DNA of 64,000 nucleotides, taken from positions 186,694 through 250,693 of IMG/VR virus record IMGVR_UViG_3300035698_012504. One strand, 5' to 3'. The translations under genes were made by a program, and so were the position numbers. Source of the stretch: a virus. Positions 8,494 to 18,907 of this stretch are shown here, in pieces. Within the stretch, counting starts at the first letter, position 1. Each line of letters opens with the position of its first letter. The notes under the pieces are model-generated. The model was not told the origin of the DNA. It saw nothing but the letters and a program-made list of their open reading frames with translations, and did not search any database.

Positions 8494-11321
8494 TATCTAA
8501 CCTCTATCAATATACTATTCCTATCGAAATATACTAGCTCAGGAGTGTATGTGAGTAGCTGTGACTGAGAAAAATCATTTAGCGGATCATACTTAAAAAA
8601 TATATCATGTGAAGGTTTTAATACTTTACAATGATCAACGCCTTCTACTTCTTGTACTACCTTTGTAACATCAGACATATATAGTCCAGTGTCGTAACCA
8701 AATATATTATATAATTTATTAACTAAATTTGTTTTGACAGTTTCTACTACAGCGTAATCAGTATATGGTTTAGATCTATCTATCCATATAACTATATGAA
8801 GTTGGATAGGTATTTCCTGTAAAGGATCTTCAAATGTTTCTCCATTAAATATATATTTCTGAATTATATTTCCTGAGAGGTTTCCTAAATCTTGATCAAC
8901 TACTAAATTAAATTGATCATTAACAATTAATCTTTCATACACCCATCCACCAAATCCGCTACTAGCAGTAGAGTCATACTCTGCAATAAATCCATCAGAT
9001 GTTCCATCTGTATTAGTCGGATATCCCCATGGATTAACATCTGGTGCCTCACTCACAGCATATCTATCTCCATTCACAGGAACAATAGGAAGGGTATCTG
9101 GATTTATTCCTATGACTGGTTCTCTTGTTGGAGGATTGAGATACATATTATCTAGTTGACCTGTAGTATTACTAAATTTAAGATTTATAAAATCTGTTAA
9201 CATCTTATAATTGGCAACATCAAATGTCATTATTTTTTGATATACAAATAACTCAAAGTTATCTTGATCTACGTTGTCATAGTATAATTTTTTAATAACA
9301 GGAACATTATATATTACTACATTCTCATTCCCTTCTGTTCCACTTATATCTACATTACTTAACATAAACTCAGATAGATTGCTATGGATAGTTATGGTTG
9401 CTTCGGATTTATTTATACTTCCGAATTGTTCCCATGTACCATATGTAGGATTCTGGACCCACTTCTTAGATATTAAATCAGTAGGAGTCACAAGTGTTTC
9501 ATCAACAACCTCATAAGTAGAAAAGAAAAACTGTACGTTGTCTTCTGGTATATCTGATAAAGAGAACACGTATTTAAATTTAAACACAGGTTCGGAATCG
9601 TTATGTGAATATTGTGAAGTCATATATAATTCTTCGCCCGACCAACTAGGAACAACTAAACATCTAATTGTTGTAAGATCTATAAGACTTAATACATCTA
9701 TATCAGTAGCATCATGTTGATAAGGACTGTATATGTTCTTCAATGGATAGTAATTAAAATAAACCTCTATCTTTGGATCAGTTGAATCAGATTTATCTAA
9801 AGTAAAAGTAGCGCCCTCGGGTTGTATTATAGATTCTGTATTATCACTTCTTCCTAGAACGAGTGATTTTGTAATATCATCAAGTAAATATTTATATATG
9901 GCTGTTTCTTGATCTATATCTATACTTATATTAAACATACTTACATATTCTTCTCCACCAATACTAAACACGTCTCCAGTAAATACATCTAGTGCTTCTG
10001 CGCTGGTAGTATCAATTGATAATGATTCATTTCTAGTTGGAACCAGGGCCTTCTCAAAGATAAGATCTGTGAAAAGAGATATCTCATTACACTGAATGTC
10101 ACTTCGCTTGAGGACATGGATAACATTATTGATAGGTAGATCGCTTATTATTTTCTTAGCATTCTTATAGTCTTGATTAGATACTAGTCTTTTGTTTGAT
10201 GATACTCTTGCAATAGCGTTCGCTCTTATTTCATCAATAGATAATTCATCTCTTCCCCCCATAGCAGGGATAGTATTTATACATGAATATTGTAAGTACC
10301 TAGTAACTGGAGCATTATTAATTGTATCTACTACAGCAAATCTATCTCCAGTTTTGATAGAACCAGCAACTACATTTCCTGATTCTCCCTGTGTCAATGA
10401 ATATGATATTTTTGCAAGGTATCCTGAAGTCGGTTGAACTCCAATTATACCATTACCAAAGAATAATTTTAACCCCGAATTTTGATTCGTGTTTGTCATC
10501 CTATATACAAACCCTCTATAATTATTTGGGATCATAAATAAAGAGTTTCCTTTTATAGGAGAATCTGGGTCATCTGGTCCTCCCCATGTATATCTAATTT
10601 TATTAGCATCAGTCGCAGTGGTCTGCTTCTCTTCCGTTACCAATCTTACACGATGTAATTGTCCAGGTTTACCAAATTTAATTTCGTGTGTAAGGAACTC
10701 ATATGGTTTTAATGTTGGGATAGTAAACTCCTCAACAGGATCTATCTCTTCTATTTGAATTGTATTGATAAGAAAAATAAGTTTACCATCTCTAATATTA
10801 GATGGGATTATTTTTGTCCCGCCACTCTCAAGACTCTCAGTAACTATAGCTGTTTGTAATTCAGAATATATTGTAGCAGTCACTGAATTTTTTGTAGTAA
10901 ATACTGTTTCAAGACCAGCATAGAATTTAAATGGTTCTGGATCTTCTATGTCTTTTCTTAGTCCATGAAAGACTAACTGGGTTACGGGTTGTGTAAATAC
11001 AATAGGTACTTCCATCATTATGGGAACTTCTGCAGGAAGGGGTGGAGCATCAGATGTAGGATTATATCCTAGCATTGTTGCCAAGTTCAATACAGATTCT
11101 TTTTGAATTGCTCTCGTTAAAAAGAATTCTCTATATACACTTGTATTATAATACATTAAGTTAGTTGTAAGAATAGAAAGCATGTTAATAATATATGATA
11201 AATAAGATGCCTTAGAAAAATCTAAGTTTTCTAGTTCGAGATAATCTCTACTGTATTCTAATAACTGTTCTCTAATTCTATCTCTGCTCGAGTAAATTTG
11301 AATATTTCTATCGTTAAACAC
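8493..11321 (-). CDS. Large baseplate wedge protein, gp6/J-like (putative)
   Basis: 942-aa ORF positioned 3' of a gp25-like gene, as in myovirus baseplate modules. There is no diagnostic motif, so the call rests on size and position only. Confidence 0.35.
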   Translation of the reverse strand: MFNDRNIQIYSSRDRIREQLLEYSRDYLELENLDFSKASYLSYIINMLSILTTNLMYYNTSVYREFFLTRAIQKESVLNLATMLGYNPTSDAPPLPAEVPIMMEVPIVFTQPVTQLVFHGLRKDIEDPEPFKFYAGLETVFTTKNSVTATIYSELQTAIVTESLESGGTKIIPSNIRDGKLIFLINTIQIEEIDPVEEFTIPTLKPYEFLTHEIKFGKPGQLHRVRLVTEEKQTTATDANKIRYTWGGPDDPDSPIKGNSLFMIPNNYRGFVYRMTNTNQNSGLKLFFGNGIIGVQPTSGYLAKISYSLTQGESGNVVAGSIKTGDRFAVVDTINNAPVTRYLQYSCINTIPAMGGRDELSIDEIRANAIARVSSNKRLVSNQDYKNAKKIISDLPINNVIHVLKRSDIQCNEISLFTDLIFEKALVPTRNESLSIDTTSAEALDVFTGDVFSIGGEEYVSMFNISIDIDQETAIYKYLLDDITKSLVLGRSDNTESIIQPEGATFTLDKSDSTDPKIEVYFNYYPLKNIYSPYQHDATDIDVLSLIDLTTIRCLVVPSWSGEELYMTSQYSHNDSEPVFKFKYVFSLSDIPEDNVQFFFSTYEVVDETLVTPTDLISKKWVQNPTYGTWEQFGSINKSEATITIHSNLSEFMLSNVDISGTEGNENVVIYNVPVIKKLYYDNVDQDNFELFVYQKIMTFDVANYKMLTDFINLKFSNTTGQLDNMYLNPPTREPVIGINPDTLPIVPVNGDRYAVSEAPDVNPWGYPTNTDGTSDGFIAEYDSTASSGFGGWVYERLIVNDQFNLVVDQDLGNLSGNIIQKYIFNGETFEDPLQEIPIQLHIVIWIDRSKPYTDYAVVETVKTNLVNKLYNIFGYDTGLYMSDVTKVVQEVEGVDHCKVLKPSHDIFFKYDPLNDFSQSQLLTYTPELVYFDRNSILIEVR

Positions 11322-12201
11322 AGGTTTGTACCTCCAATCCCTCTAAGAATTTTTTAAATTCTTCTTTATTATATTTTGCATTCTTCCTCAAATTTTCTTT
11401 AGCTGGAAGAAATTGTAAATTGCTTTCATGATTTATTAATTTTAAATCATAAATATTATTATCTGTAAATGCCTTTATAGGAAAAATATGATCAACATGA
11501 ATATTTGGATTATTAATATTATTCTTTTTTCTGAGTTTTCTCTTATAACTATTACTTAAACTTTGTAGTTCTAGAACTATTCTTATTTTTTTCCTATCTG
11601 GATTCCACATATATGAATTTGATCCAGACAATGCCTCTATTTTACACCTTCTACATTTAACACCATTTAATAAACTACTAAGTGATATTTTAGTAGGATT
11701 TCCACATGAACATAATGAATCTACAGAATCATTATATCGTACATATTTCCCAATTAATTTAAATCCTCTTTCTTCAAACAATTTAAACACTTCTTCCTGT
11801 GTATATTTAACATTCCCTGAACAATTCATACATCTCCGACCAGCCTTAAATGATTTAAGTTGTGTTTTAGATATATTTCCACATGAACAACGGTATCTTA
11901 ATGTTTTTGCATTGTTACCGTCATATATGTCTAACAATTCACAACCACTATCTATAAACGTATTCTCCACCTCTTCTTGAGACAATCTCAGCTTCGACCC
12001 TACGTTTCTATAATGACATTTTTTACATCTTTTTTCGTTATGTATAAATGAGCTTACTTGTATAATAGATTCGTTCCCACATGGGCAAATATATTTTACT
12101 TTAGATCTTGATGTAATACTATCGGAATATTCTTCTAATAATACACCACCTCTTTTTTCAAATTCTTCTTTTATCTTATAGTAACCTAGGCATTTACCCA
12201 T
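11314..12201 (-). CDS. HNH endonuclease with 3 tandem Zn-ribbon (C-x-C-G-N ... R-C-x-x-C) modules; probably a free-standing homing endonuclease
   Basis: Repeats read Y.C.CGN.S...F..G.RC..C. The C-terminus has HVDHIFPIKAF...NLQFLPAKEN, an HNH motif. Confidence 0.75.
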   Translation of the reverse strand: MGKCLGYYKIKEEFEKRGGVLLEEYSDSITSRSKVKYICPCGNESIIQVSSFIHNEKRCKKCHYRNVGSKLRLSQEEVENTFIDSGCELLDIYDGNNAKTLRYRCSCGNISKTQLKSFKAGRRCMNCSGNVKYTQEEVFKLFEERGFKLIGKYVRYNDSVDSLCSCGNPTKISLSSLLNGVKCRRCKIEALSGSNSYMWNPDRKKIRIVLELQSLSNSYKRKLRKKNNINNPNIHVDHIFPIKAFTDNNIYDLKLINHESNLQFLPAKENLRKNAKYNKEEFKKFLEGLEVQTCV

Positions 12202-12206
12202 ATTAT

Positions 12207-12680
12207 TTATCCACTCTTAGAAAAATCTGGAGCGTGCTTCGCCACGCGTGTCACGACAGCATCTTTGGCCTTTTCTATCTGAGCCCTACCTTTTTCTTTA
12301 ACTATTTGGAGCATTGATCTTTTTGATTTTAATAAAGCTGCTAGCTCTTTGTCTTTTGCTTTTAATGTCGTTCTCAAATTACTCATCTCAGTTCTTTTAA
12401 TCTTTGCAGCTATGATCTTTCTTCTCTTAATTAAATTTCTTATAGCTATAGATATCCTATTCCATATTACCTTTAATCCTCTAGACATATCTTTAGCTAG
12501 ATTCGCCTTCCCTTCATCTAACATTTCATCCCTATGTAGATTAATATATTGTTCTTCTAATCTTTTTTCTAAACTATCTAGCTGTTCATAATTGAGATGT
12601 TCTAAAAAAGAATCGAAGTCATTCGTATCAATTCTCTCTGACTCTAAAAAAATAAGAAAGCTTTCTGATAAATTGTTCAT
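12207..12680 (-). CDS. Hypothetical coiled-coil protein
   Basis: 157-aa charged helical ORF. Confidence 0.4.
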   Translation of the reverse strand: MNNLSESFLIFLESERIDTNDFDSFLEHLNYEQLDSLEKRLEEQYINLHRDEMLDEGKANLAKDMSRGLKVIWNRISIAIRNLIKRRKIIAAKIKRTEMSNLRTTLKAKDKELAALLKSKRSMLQIVKEKGRAQIEKAKDAVVTRVAKHAPDFSKSG

Positions 12681-12683
12681 GTT

Positions 12684-13352
12684 TTAATCCTCTATAAAAT
12701 AAAATCCAGATGTGTTATCAAATAAACTATTAAGTCGTGTAGACATAGAAGCTGATCTCTCTTGTAATCTTAATAAGAAATTAGCATTCTCTAACGGCAA
12801 AATAGTCTTAGTAAACTCTAGAAATTTCCAATGTGTAGACACTTGTAGTTCTAAATCCCTCACTGCGTGCGGAGCACCTTTTAATTGACACTGATATATA
12901 TTATAAAAATCTCCGAAGTGTGCCAAGTTAACATTAGTAACAACCATCAATCTTTCATTTACTGACTCAGTTTTTATTCCAAAACTAATATCTACGAAGT
13001 CCCCTTCTGCTGGTTTTAATCCATATACAGAAGGGATTGCTAATTGTGTACTAATAGATGCTCCGAATCTTAATCCTTTTTCCTCAGAGTCTCCTGTTGG
13101 TTGAACTTGTTCTAATCCAAATACAGGTAACAATGATATTTTTATCCACTGTTGTCCAGATAGTTCGCCCACTCCTAGCTTCTCATATGAACCACCTAAT
13201 AAATTTTCATTCTCCCATACAGTTTCATCGTGATCTGTAGCATAATATGTTACTGGAAACGCTGGGTATTCTTTTATATAATGTTCATAAGCTGTTTCAA
13301 AGTAATCACTTATATAATTATATCTTCTTAACCAAGGTTGTACTGTAGACAT
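12684..13352 (-). CDS. Hypothetical baseplate-module protein
   Basis: 222-aa ORF immediately downstream of the gp25-like gene. Confidence 0.4.
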   Translation of the reverse strand: MSTVQPWLRRYNYISDYFETAYEHYIKEYPAFPVTYYATDHDETVWENENLLGGSYEKLGVGELSGQQWIKISLLPVFGLEQVQPTGDSEEKGLRFGASISTQLAIPSVYGLKPAEGDFVDISFGIKTESVNERLMVVTNVNLAHFGDFYNIYQCQLKGAPHAVRDLELQVSTHWKFLEFTKTILPLENANFLLRLQERSASMSTRLNSLFDNTSGFYFIED

Positions 13353-13353
13353 T

Positions 13354-13782
13354 TTATTTCTCCATTGTAGTAAGTAGAGTCTCGTCTACATCAATAGAAA
13401 CTCGTTTAGACTCACCCTTATATGATATTAAAAAATTAACTCGGAAGCCTTTCTTATTACTGAAGTATTTAACTGAGTATGTTATAGTGGCAAGGTGTTT
13501 ATAATATGCAATAGCATCATCTATCTCCATCCTTGCTCTCATGTTTGTCTCAGTATCAGATGGTTCGAATATTAATTTATATAAATCGGATCCAAATTCT
13601 GGATCAAATGGGTACGTCCTTCTAGCAGTTAATAGAGTATTCTTTATTCCCTGCACCACTACATCTACCCCAGATAGCTCCCTAAAATCACCTGTCTTTG
13701 TAATAGTAGAGTGGACATCTATAGGTCCATCTCTGCGACCAGGTATTATTTTTAAAAAATCACTTGTAGTTATATTATTCAT
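13354..13782 (-). CDS. Baseplate wedge protein, gp25/GpW-like
   Basis: The stretch IKNTLLTARRTYPFDPEFGSDLYKLIFEP matches the GpW/gp25 family signature (I..LL.T..GER...P.FG..L..L.FEP). Confidence 0.6.
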   Translation of the reverse strand: MNNITTSDFLKIIPGRRDGPIDVHSTITKTGDFRELSGVDVVVQGIKNTLLTARRTYPFDPEFGSDLYKLIFEPSDTETNMRARMEIDDAIAYYKHLATITYSVKYFSNKKGFRVNFLISYKGESKRVSIDVDETLLTTMEK

Positions 13783-14553
13783 TTATACTTTTTCCTCAAC
13801 GTAATTTTTAAACTGAGTTGAATTATATTTTCCCTGTTTGCTTAGATTTTCCTTAGCTGATAATAGTTGTAAATTATCTAATGAATTAATAACTTTAGGA
13901 TCGGTAATTCCATTTTCAACAAATGCTTTTACTGGAATAATATGATCAACGTGATAATGATACGAATCCTCTTTCCAAGCGTCAAACAAAGGATCTTTCC
14001 TTAAATGGTTTAAAAGATCTTCTCCAGAATATCCAAGTAATTTATATGTTTTAGTATTTTTTAACTGACCTGTAGATTTTAAACTATGTCTTATTAACGA
14101 TTTTGATAAACTTCTTACTCTTTCTTTTAATTTTATATACTCTCTATCAATAATCCAATTATGATTTTTTCGACCTGACTTTATTATTGATCTATATTTA
14201 TTTGCACACTTCATACATCTTTTTCCATTTTTAAAATTCGAAAAAGATATTTTAGATATGTTTCCACATTTACATATATATTTAACAGGATCGTGAGATT
14301 TTTTATATATTCCTAATAACTCGCAGTTATTATCTCTAAAATATTGAGATACATACTTTTGTGAATATTTAGGAGTTCCGGAACATTTCATACATCTGCA
14401 TCCTTGCCTAAATTTATCAAAATTTATATATGATATATTACCACAAGAACATTTATATTTCATCTTAGTTTTAGCATTCTTATAAAAAGATAGTAATTTA
14501 CAATCATTATCTTTAAAATACTTTTCTATATATTCCTGAGAATGTTTCTTCAT
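13783..14553 (-). CDS. HNH endonuclease with 2 tandem Zn-ribbon modules
   Basis: Two KYKCSCGNIS...RCMKC modules. The C-terminus has HVDHIIPVKAF...NLQLLSAKEN. Confidence 0.75.
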   Translation of the reverse strand: MKKHSQEYIEKYFKDNDCKLLSFYKNAKTKMKYKCSCGNISYINFDKFRQGCRCMKCSGTPKYSQKYVSQYFRDNNCELLGIYKKSHDPVKYICKCGNISKISFSNFKNGKRCMKCANKYRSIIKSGRKNHNWIIDREYIKLKERVRSLSKSLIRHSLKSTGQLKNTKTYKLLGYSGEDLLNHLRKDPLFDAWKEDSYHYHVDHIIPVKAFVENGITDPKVINSLDNLQLLSAKENLSKQGKYNSTQFKNYVEEKV

Positions 14554-14625
14554 TTACTTGACTCCGTATATTTCTGTAGATGCTTCTTTCATATGAACTT
14601 ACCTCATCATAATGTAACTACTTTA

Positions 14626-14640
14626 AAATTTGTCCGTAAT
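14626..14640 (-). promoter_or_regulatory. Promoter-like motif (sense strand ..ACGGACAAATTTT..)
   Basis: aaaatttgtccgtaat, 75 nt upstream of the minus-strand gene starting at 14553. Confidence 0.4.
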
Positions 14641-14889
14641 TTTTTAGGGAAATGATTAATAAAAAAATAGAGGGTAAAAATACCCTCTATTTCCTTCTAT
14701 TTCTTTCGGCGTGTGGACTCTTCCATCTTCTTACGCTTCTCTTCTTCTAGGTCAAATTTCCATTTAATGGTATCAATAAAGAATTTATATGGCATAATCA
14801 TTATATCAGTATAATCTTGCTTCATAAGCTCCATCATAGATCTAATATTTTCTTCTAAATTCTTTTGAAATCTTTCAGATTCTTCTTGA

Positions 14890-16047
14890 TTAGACGAGTG
14901 CGACCATTCGAAAAAATTGACTTGATATTTCCACTCCCAGATCGTTTTCTGAACCACACTGTGTGCAGTTCCAAACAGCCTTAAGGTCAATACCATACTG
15001 ACCAAACTCATCTCTGAATTTTTCAATGAGTTTAATCTGATCTCTAGGTGGGAGACTTCTATACGCCATTATAATTTCTTGTCTTTCAGTAACACTGATC
15101 ATAGGGATAGTTTGACCTGGAGCATATTGATCAAATCTTTCAATGATTAATGTTTCATAAATGATATCAATCTGTGCTCTCTGAGAAAAAGGAACACTAC
15201 TCATCATTTGTTCTTCATCATGTAGAGTTGGTTGTCTTAGCGTAACAACTACATTGGATACTGGTAGTTCAAACTGAACTTTCTTTAATAGTATATCTGA
15301 ACCAAGATCCATAGTTCTAGCGAGATCTAATTCAGTAGGCTCCTGGTTTCTAACTACTGGCTCTTCAGATACTTCTGGTGCCTCCTGAAGACCCCTGAGT
15401 GACCCAGGAGTGACATCGATGTTAGATTCAGGCAAACCAGGTGGTTGAGATAGCGTAAGAGGCTTAGAAGGCTCTACAGGAGGTTCGGGAAGATCGAGCG
15501 GTTGTGTAGTTTCCTTTCCAGCATTCTTCTGTTTAATGGCTTCTTCCATTACATCATCTGGTTCAACATCATTTGATTGAGAAAGTTTATAACTTTCCTG
15601 TAAACCGTCACTACCAGGATACGAATTCATATTAAACATCTGTGAAATATTTACTTTAATGTCTTGCTTATTAGCACACTGTTTACATGTAACATTAAAA
15701 TCTGTTTCGTTTCCAAATGTGGAATGATATAATCCATATAATAGTGCGTCTCTATCTCTTACAGTAACTTGCTTTTTAAATGAATCATAGTCCTTTACTT
15801 CCGGTGGACTATTTTCTAATGCATCAAATATACATTTATTAATTGACTCTGTAGCTTTCGTTGGGGTCGTGGCTGAGTTCTTCAGCTTTGAAACCTCTGA
15901 AACATTCAAGCTCCTAACATCATAAGCCGTTCCTGTTTGTGGGGTTACAACAGAATATGTTGGGTACTTAAATTTAAATCCTCTGAATGGGGTACTCATA
16001 TTACACTCTCTCCTATTTTTCTTTTGTCTTGGCGCAGTTTGCACCAC
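14890..16047 (-). CDS. Hypothetical structural protein. The true start may be the internal Met MSTPFRG. A 109-aa ORF at 14697..15026 in another frame overlaps its 3' end.
   Basis: 385-aa ORF lying between the 272-aa structural gene and the HNH/gp25 module. Confidence 0.45.
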   Translation of the reverse strand: MVQTAPRQKKNRRECNMSTPFRGFKFKYPTYSVVTPQTGTAYDVRSLNVSEVSKLKNSATTPTKATESINKCIFDALENSPPEVKDYDSFKKQVTVRDRDALLYGLYHSTFGNETDFNVTCKQCANKQDIKVNISQMFNMNSYPGSDGLQESYKLSQSNDVEPDDVMEEAIKQKNAGKETTQPLDLPEPPVEPSKPLTLSQPPGLPESNIDVTPGSLRGLQEAPEVSEEPVVRNQEPTELDLARTMDLGSDILLKKVQFELPVSNVVVTLRQPTLHDEEQMMSSVPFSQRAQIDIIYETLIIERFDQYAPGQTIPMISVTERQEIIMAYRSLPPRDQIKLIEKFRDEFGQYGIDLKAVWNCTQCGSENDLGVEISSQFFRMVALV

Positions 16048-16126
16048 TAAATTTTAAAAGTTTCCTTCCATTGATTACATAAGCTTAAACAAGACATAAC
16101 AATATCTTATTCCCCTCATGTTTCAA

Positions 16127-16140
16127 AAATTTGTCCGTAT
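16127..16140 (-). promoter_or_regulatory. Promoter-like motif (GGACAAA core)
   Basis: aaatttgtccgtat, upstream of the gene starting at 16047. Confidence 0.4.
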
Positions 16141-16166
16141 ATATTTTAAGGGTTAATATTATATAA

Positions 16167-16202
16167 CTGGATCCTCAAGGAAATAAATCCTCAAGGATCC
16201 AG
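16167..16202 (-). terminator. Hairpin downstream of structural gene 16235..17053 (candidate terminator/attenuator)
   Basis: ctggatcc-(20 nt containing a direct repeat of atcctcaagga)-ggatccag. Confidence 0.35.
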
Positions 16203-16234
16203 CATTAATAATTGTAATAAATAAATTAATTAAA

Positions 16235-17053
16235 TTATGATGTGTATGGTGCGTAATCTCCTGACTCGGCTTCGCCATATACCTTACCAATTTCACCACC
16301 ATCGGTGACACCATTCCAAGCTTTACCATAGAATATATCAGATAGATCTTGAGCGTTACTTAATACCCAATCTTCGTGCCATAAGTAATCACAGTTAAAG
16401 TCTATATCTATTTCTAATTTATCATTAGTTGTAATATCAGAACTAAGTAAATCAGTAGGATCTTTCTTCGGGAACATACCACTCATACAAGATGCATATT
16501 CTACAAGATGACCATCAGGTTTAGTAACCCAGTAATACATTGTTGCAGCATATTCTGTCTTGATATATGCACCATCCCCATCTTTTTTTCCACCAGAGTC
16601 TAGAGGTGTAACTCCAGATCTGTAATCTCTAATCATTCTTGTCCAACCATGGAAGATAGCATGAATCGGAAGTGAAGAGAGTTCTAGGAACCTAAGTGTT
16701 ACAGTATTATCCCACTCTACATTAGTAGGGACTGCCCACTTTACTCCACCTAGTCCAACAATATCAGTAGTGTTTACTGTTCCACCAGGAATAGTAACTG
16801 ATAAACAAGTTGAATGTAGAGTACTAGCAATAGATTTAAGACCATCGTCACCTTTACCAATACCATCTGGGCCTGCGGCGTGGGATACATTATTGGCCAA
16901 TTGCTTAGGTAGGTATGAAAAATGGATGAAAAAATAACCTGAGATAAAAGGTTCTACTGCACTGTTAGTAGTACCAAACTTTCTTGTAAATCTATTTTGA
17001 AATCCGTGTAGTGATGCGAAACTATTAGAAACTGACATTATTAAATCCTCCAA
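16235..17053 (-). CDS. Virion structural protein (first gene of the minus-strand structural block; tail-tube/baseplate-like, unassigned)
   Basis: 272-aa ORF. The promoter-like motif lies 40 nt upstream, and a hairpin at 16167..16202 follows the gene on the minus strand. Confidence 0.45.
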   Translation of the reverse strand: MEDLIMSVSNSFASLHGFQNRFTRKFGTTNSAVEPFISGYFFIHFSYLPKQLANNVSHAAGPDGIGKGDDGLKSIASTLHSTCLSVTIPGGTVNTTDIVGLGGVKWAVPTNVEWDNTVTLRFLELSSLPIHAIFHGWTRMIRDYRSGVTPLDSGGKKDGDGAYIKTEYAATMYYWVTKPDGHLVEYASCMSGMFPKKDPTDLLSSDITTNDKLEIDIDFNCDYLWHEDWVLSNAQDLSDIFYGKAWNGVTDGGEIGKVYGEAESGDYAPYTS

Positions 17054-17092
17054 ATTTTTGATTATTGTTAAAACTCAGCTCTTGCTGTTTAC

Positions 17093-17106
17093 AATTTTGT
17101 CCTCAT
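17093..17106 (-). promoter_or_regulatory. Promoter-like motif (GGACAAA core)
   Basis: aattttgtcctcat, 40 nt upstream of the gene starting at 17053. Confidence 0.4.
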
Positions 17107-17338
17107 TATATGAGGGCGTCTACTTCTTTATTTCTATAATATATTAAATTCGATATGTGATACTAAATATGAAGTGAAATTCGATTCCTACTAAATATAT
17201 TAAATAGTGAGGTAGCCGAATTCTTCTTAATTCTCTATGAGAATTAAGTCCTTTTTATTCTTCGAAAAATAAATGGACCGGTCTCATGTTAGAAACCGAT
17301 CCTGAGCCACCATTGAGGGGGGAAGGCGACTCCCGCAA

Positions 17339-17352
17339 TAGTTTGTCCGCAG
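17339..17352 (-). promoter_or_regulatory. Promoter-like motif (GGACAAA core), second copy in the divergent intergenic region
   Basis: tagtttgtccgcag. Confidence 0.3.
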
Positions 17353-17435
17353 ATTTCATATTGATATGGACTATATATATTAAAACATGAGTACAGTTTT
17401 TTAGTATGTGTTACACTTTCTGAAATCGCAACACA

Positions 17436-17915
17436 ATGAAGAGGATGAGGACTATGGGAAATACGGACAAATTCTCGGCATCAACCCGCGAAGCAGCAGA
17501 GGCATTGGGTATGACTTATGTTTGTCTTGCCGCCAGGACAGAGCTCCGGGAAAAGTATGCACGAAACGTAGGTACAGGAAAGAAGGGGCGATTTGCCTGG
17601 GACGTCAATGCAATGAAGAAGGATGGGATCAAATCCACTGGACGTGGAAGACCTTCTGCTCCGACATCTATCGGTGAGGGCGGGCTCCCTGGCAGTATAC
17701 TCAAGGCAATCCGCAAACTGTCCGAACCGACGCGCAAGCAGCTGGAGGAAGTGATGCAGGCACGGCAAGGAATTGCCAAATTGCAGGCACATTGGCCCAA
17801 AGACAAGGACGTCGTCGCTCTGGCTAATAAGAATCAGAAGCGCTTTGCGATGATCCTGGCCAAAGAAATGGAAGCGAGCGAAGTAGTTCAGGACATGCTC
17901 GCGTTGGCTTTCTAG
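17436..17915 (+). CDS. Hypothetical protein encoded on a GC-rich island
   Basis: 159-aa ORF. Its base composition is strikingly GC-rich relative to the flanks. A 15-bp perfect hairpin follows it. Confidence 0.4.
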   Translation: MKRMRTMGNTDKFSASTREAAEALGMTYVCLAARTELREKYARNVGTGKKGRFAWDVNAMKKDGIKSTGRGRPSAPTSIGEGGLPGSILKAIRKLSEPTRKQLEEVMQARQGIAKLQAHWPKDKDVVALANKNQKRFAMILAKEMEASEVVQDMLALAF

Positions 17916-17990
17916 GTTACCCATAGTCCAGCGATCCCGGAATGGCTCCAGGGGATGGTGGCTGTTTCGAAGAGATCGCAGGTTCCGCTA

Positions 17991-18038
17991 GGGAGCGGGG
18001 TGAAACACGGAGTATTAACATACTTTCACCCCGCTCCC
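17991..18038. other. 15-bp perfect GC-rich inverted repeat (hairpin) at the edge of the GC-rich island, immediately upstream of tRNA-Arg
   Basis: gggagcggggtgaaa-(18 nt)-tttcaccccgctccc. Confidence 0.6.
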
Positions 18039-18053
18039 CTCGTTATTCAATTA

Positions 18054-18130
18054 GCCCCAATAGCTCAGCTGGATAGAGCGACGGCCCTCTAAGCCGTAGG
18101 CCGCAGGTTCGAGCCCTGCTTGGGGTGCCA
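18054..18130 (+). tRNA. tRNA-Arg (anticodon TCT)
   Basis: Cloverleaf: acceptor gccccaa/ttggggt, D arm tagctcagctggatagagc, anticodon arm acggc-cctctaa-gccgt, T arm gcaggttcgagccctgc, CCA encoded. Confidence 0.8.
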
Positions 18131-18162
18131 TTTTTTTCGAAGAACAAACGAAGGAGGATATC

Positions 18163-18621
18163 GTGCAGGTAATTAAAGTAGGAACGTTCGTTCGATATTT
18201 CGACGCTGAACGAGGCGTCATAATTCATGGACAAGTGGATGGATTCCAAACAGTTGGTAAGATCAATGTTGTTCCCTTTGATGGAACAGACGATCAAGTT
18301 GCAATTGAGGATACTCAAATTGTATGCTTCTCCAACGAAACGGGAGTCTGTCCCACCAGAGATGGATCGTATATCCCATATTCCTTTTTCGCAAAAAATA
18401 AATATCCTTTGGCCGCAAAGGCAGCATTAAGAGGAATCGTAGAACCGCTTCGGGAAGAAGAACCTATCGACGATGAACCACATGATCATTCGGGGATCGC
18501 TGAGGGAGATGGGGTAGGTGTCGAAGATGTAGTAGTCCAGCCCAAGAAGAAGGTAATCACTACGCTGGATACGGATGCGATCCTTCACAGGAAGGGACGA
18601 TTCGGTAGAAGTTACATGTGA
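18163..18621 (+). CDS. Hypothetical protein
   Basis: 152-aa ORF between two tRNA genes with an RBS-like GAAGGAGGA. Confidence 0.4.
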   Translation: MQVIKVGTFVRYFDAERGVIIHGQVDGFQTVGKINVVPFDGTDDQVAIEDTQIVCFSNETGVCPTRDGSYIPYSFFAKNKYPLAAKAALRGIVEPLREEEPIDDEPHDHSGIAEGDGVGVEDVVVQPKKKVITTLDTDAILHRKGRFGRSYM

Positions 18622-18630
18622 GTGAAGCAT

Positions 18631-18707
18631 GGGCGGATAGCTCAGTTGGTTAGAGCGCGACACTGATAATGTCGAGGTCGAAGGTTCAATTCCTTCTCCG
18701 CCCACCA
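18631..18707 (+). tRNA. tRNA-Ile (anticodon GAT)
   Basis: gggcgga/tccgccc acceptor, tagctcagttggttagagc D arm, cgaca-ctgataa-tgtcg anticodon arm, gaaggttcaattccttc T arm, CCA. Confidence 0.85.
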
Positions 18708-18907
18708 TTTTTAAGAGATGAAGGATATGCTCGATACGTTCTTGTAAATAATGAAAGACATTGGGAACTTATACCTAAGGCAGAACTAACACCAGAGAAA
18801 CCAGTACCGATCCTACCTACTGGATACTGGTGTTGGATATCGGAAGACGGAAAGATTATTTATACTGAGAGAGATCAGTGGGATAAAACCCCTAACCTGG
18901 AGGAAAT

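Noticed and set aside
17481-17924. Minus-strand ORFs (147 aa and 96 aa) overlapping 17436..17915
   Set aside because: GC-rich sequence gives long open frames on both strands. The + strand ORF has the better start context and fits gene orientation.
18043-18318. ORFs overlapping tRNA-Arg, tRNA-Ile and tRNA-Pro (18043..18318 -, 18427..18708 -, 32124..32312 -)
   Set aside because: They overlap well-formed tRNA cloverleaves and lack RBSs. I treat them as spurious.
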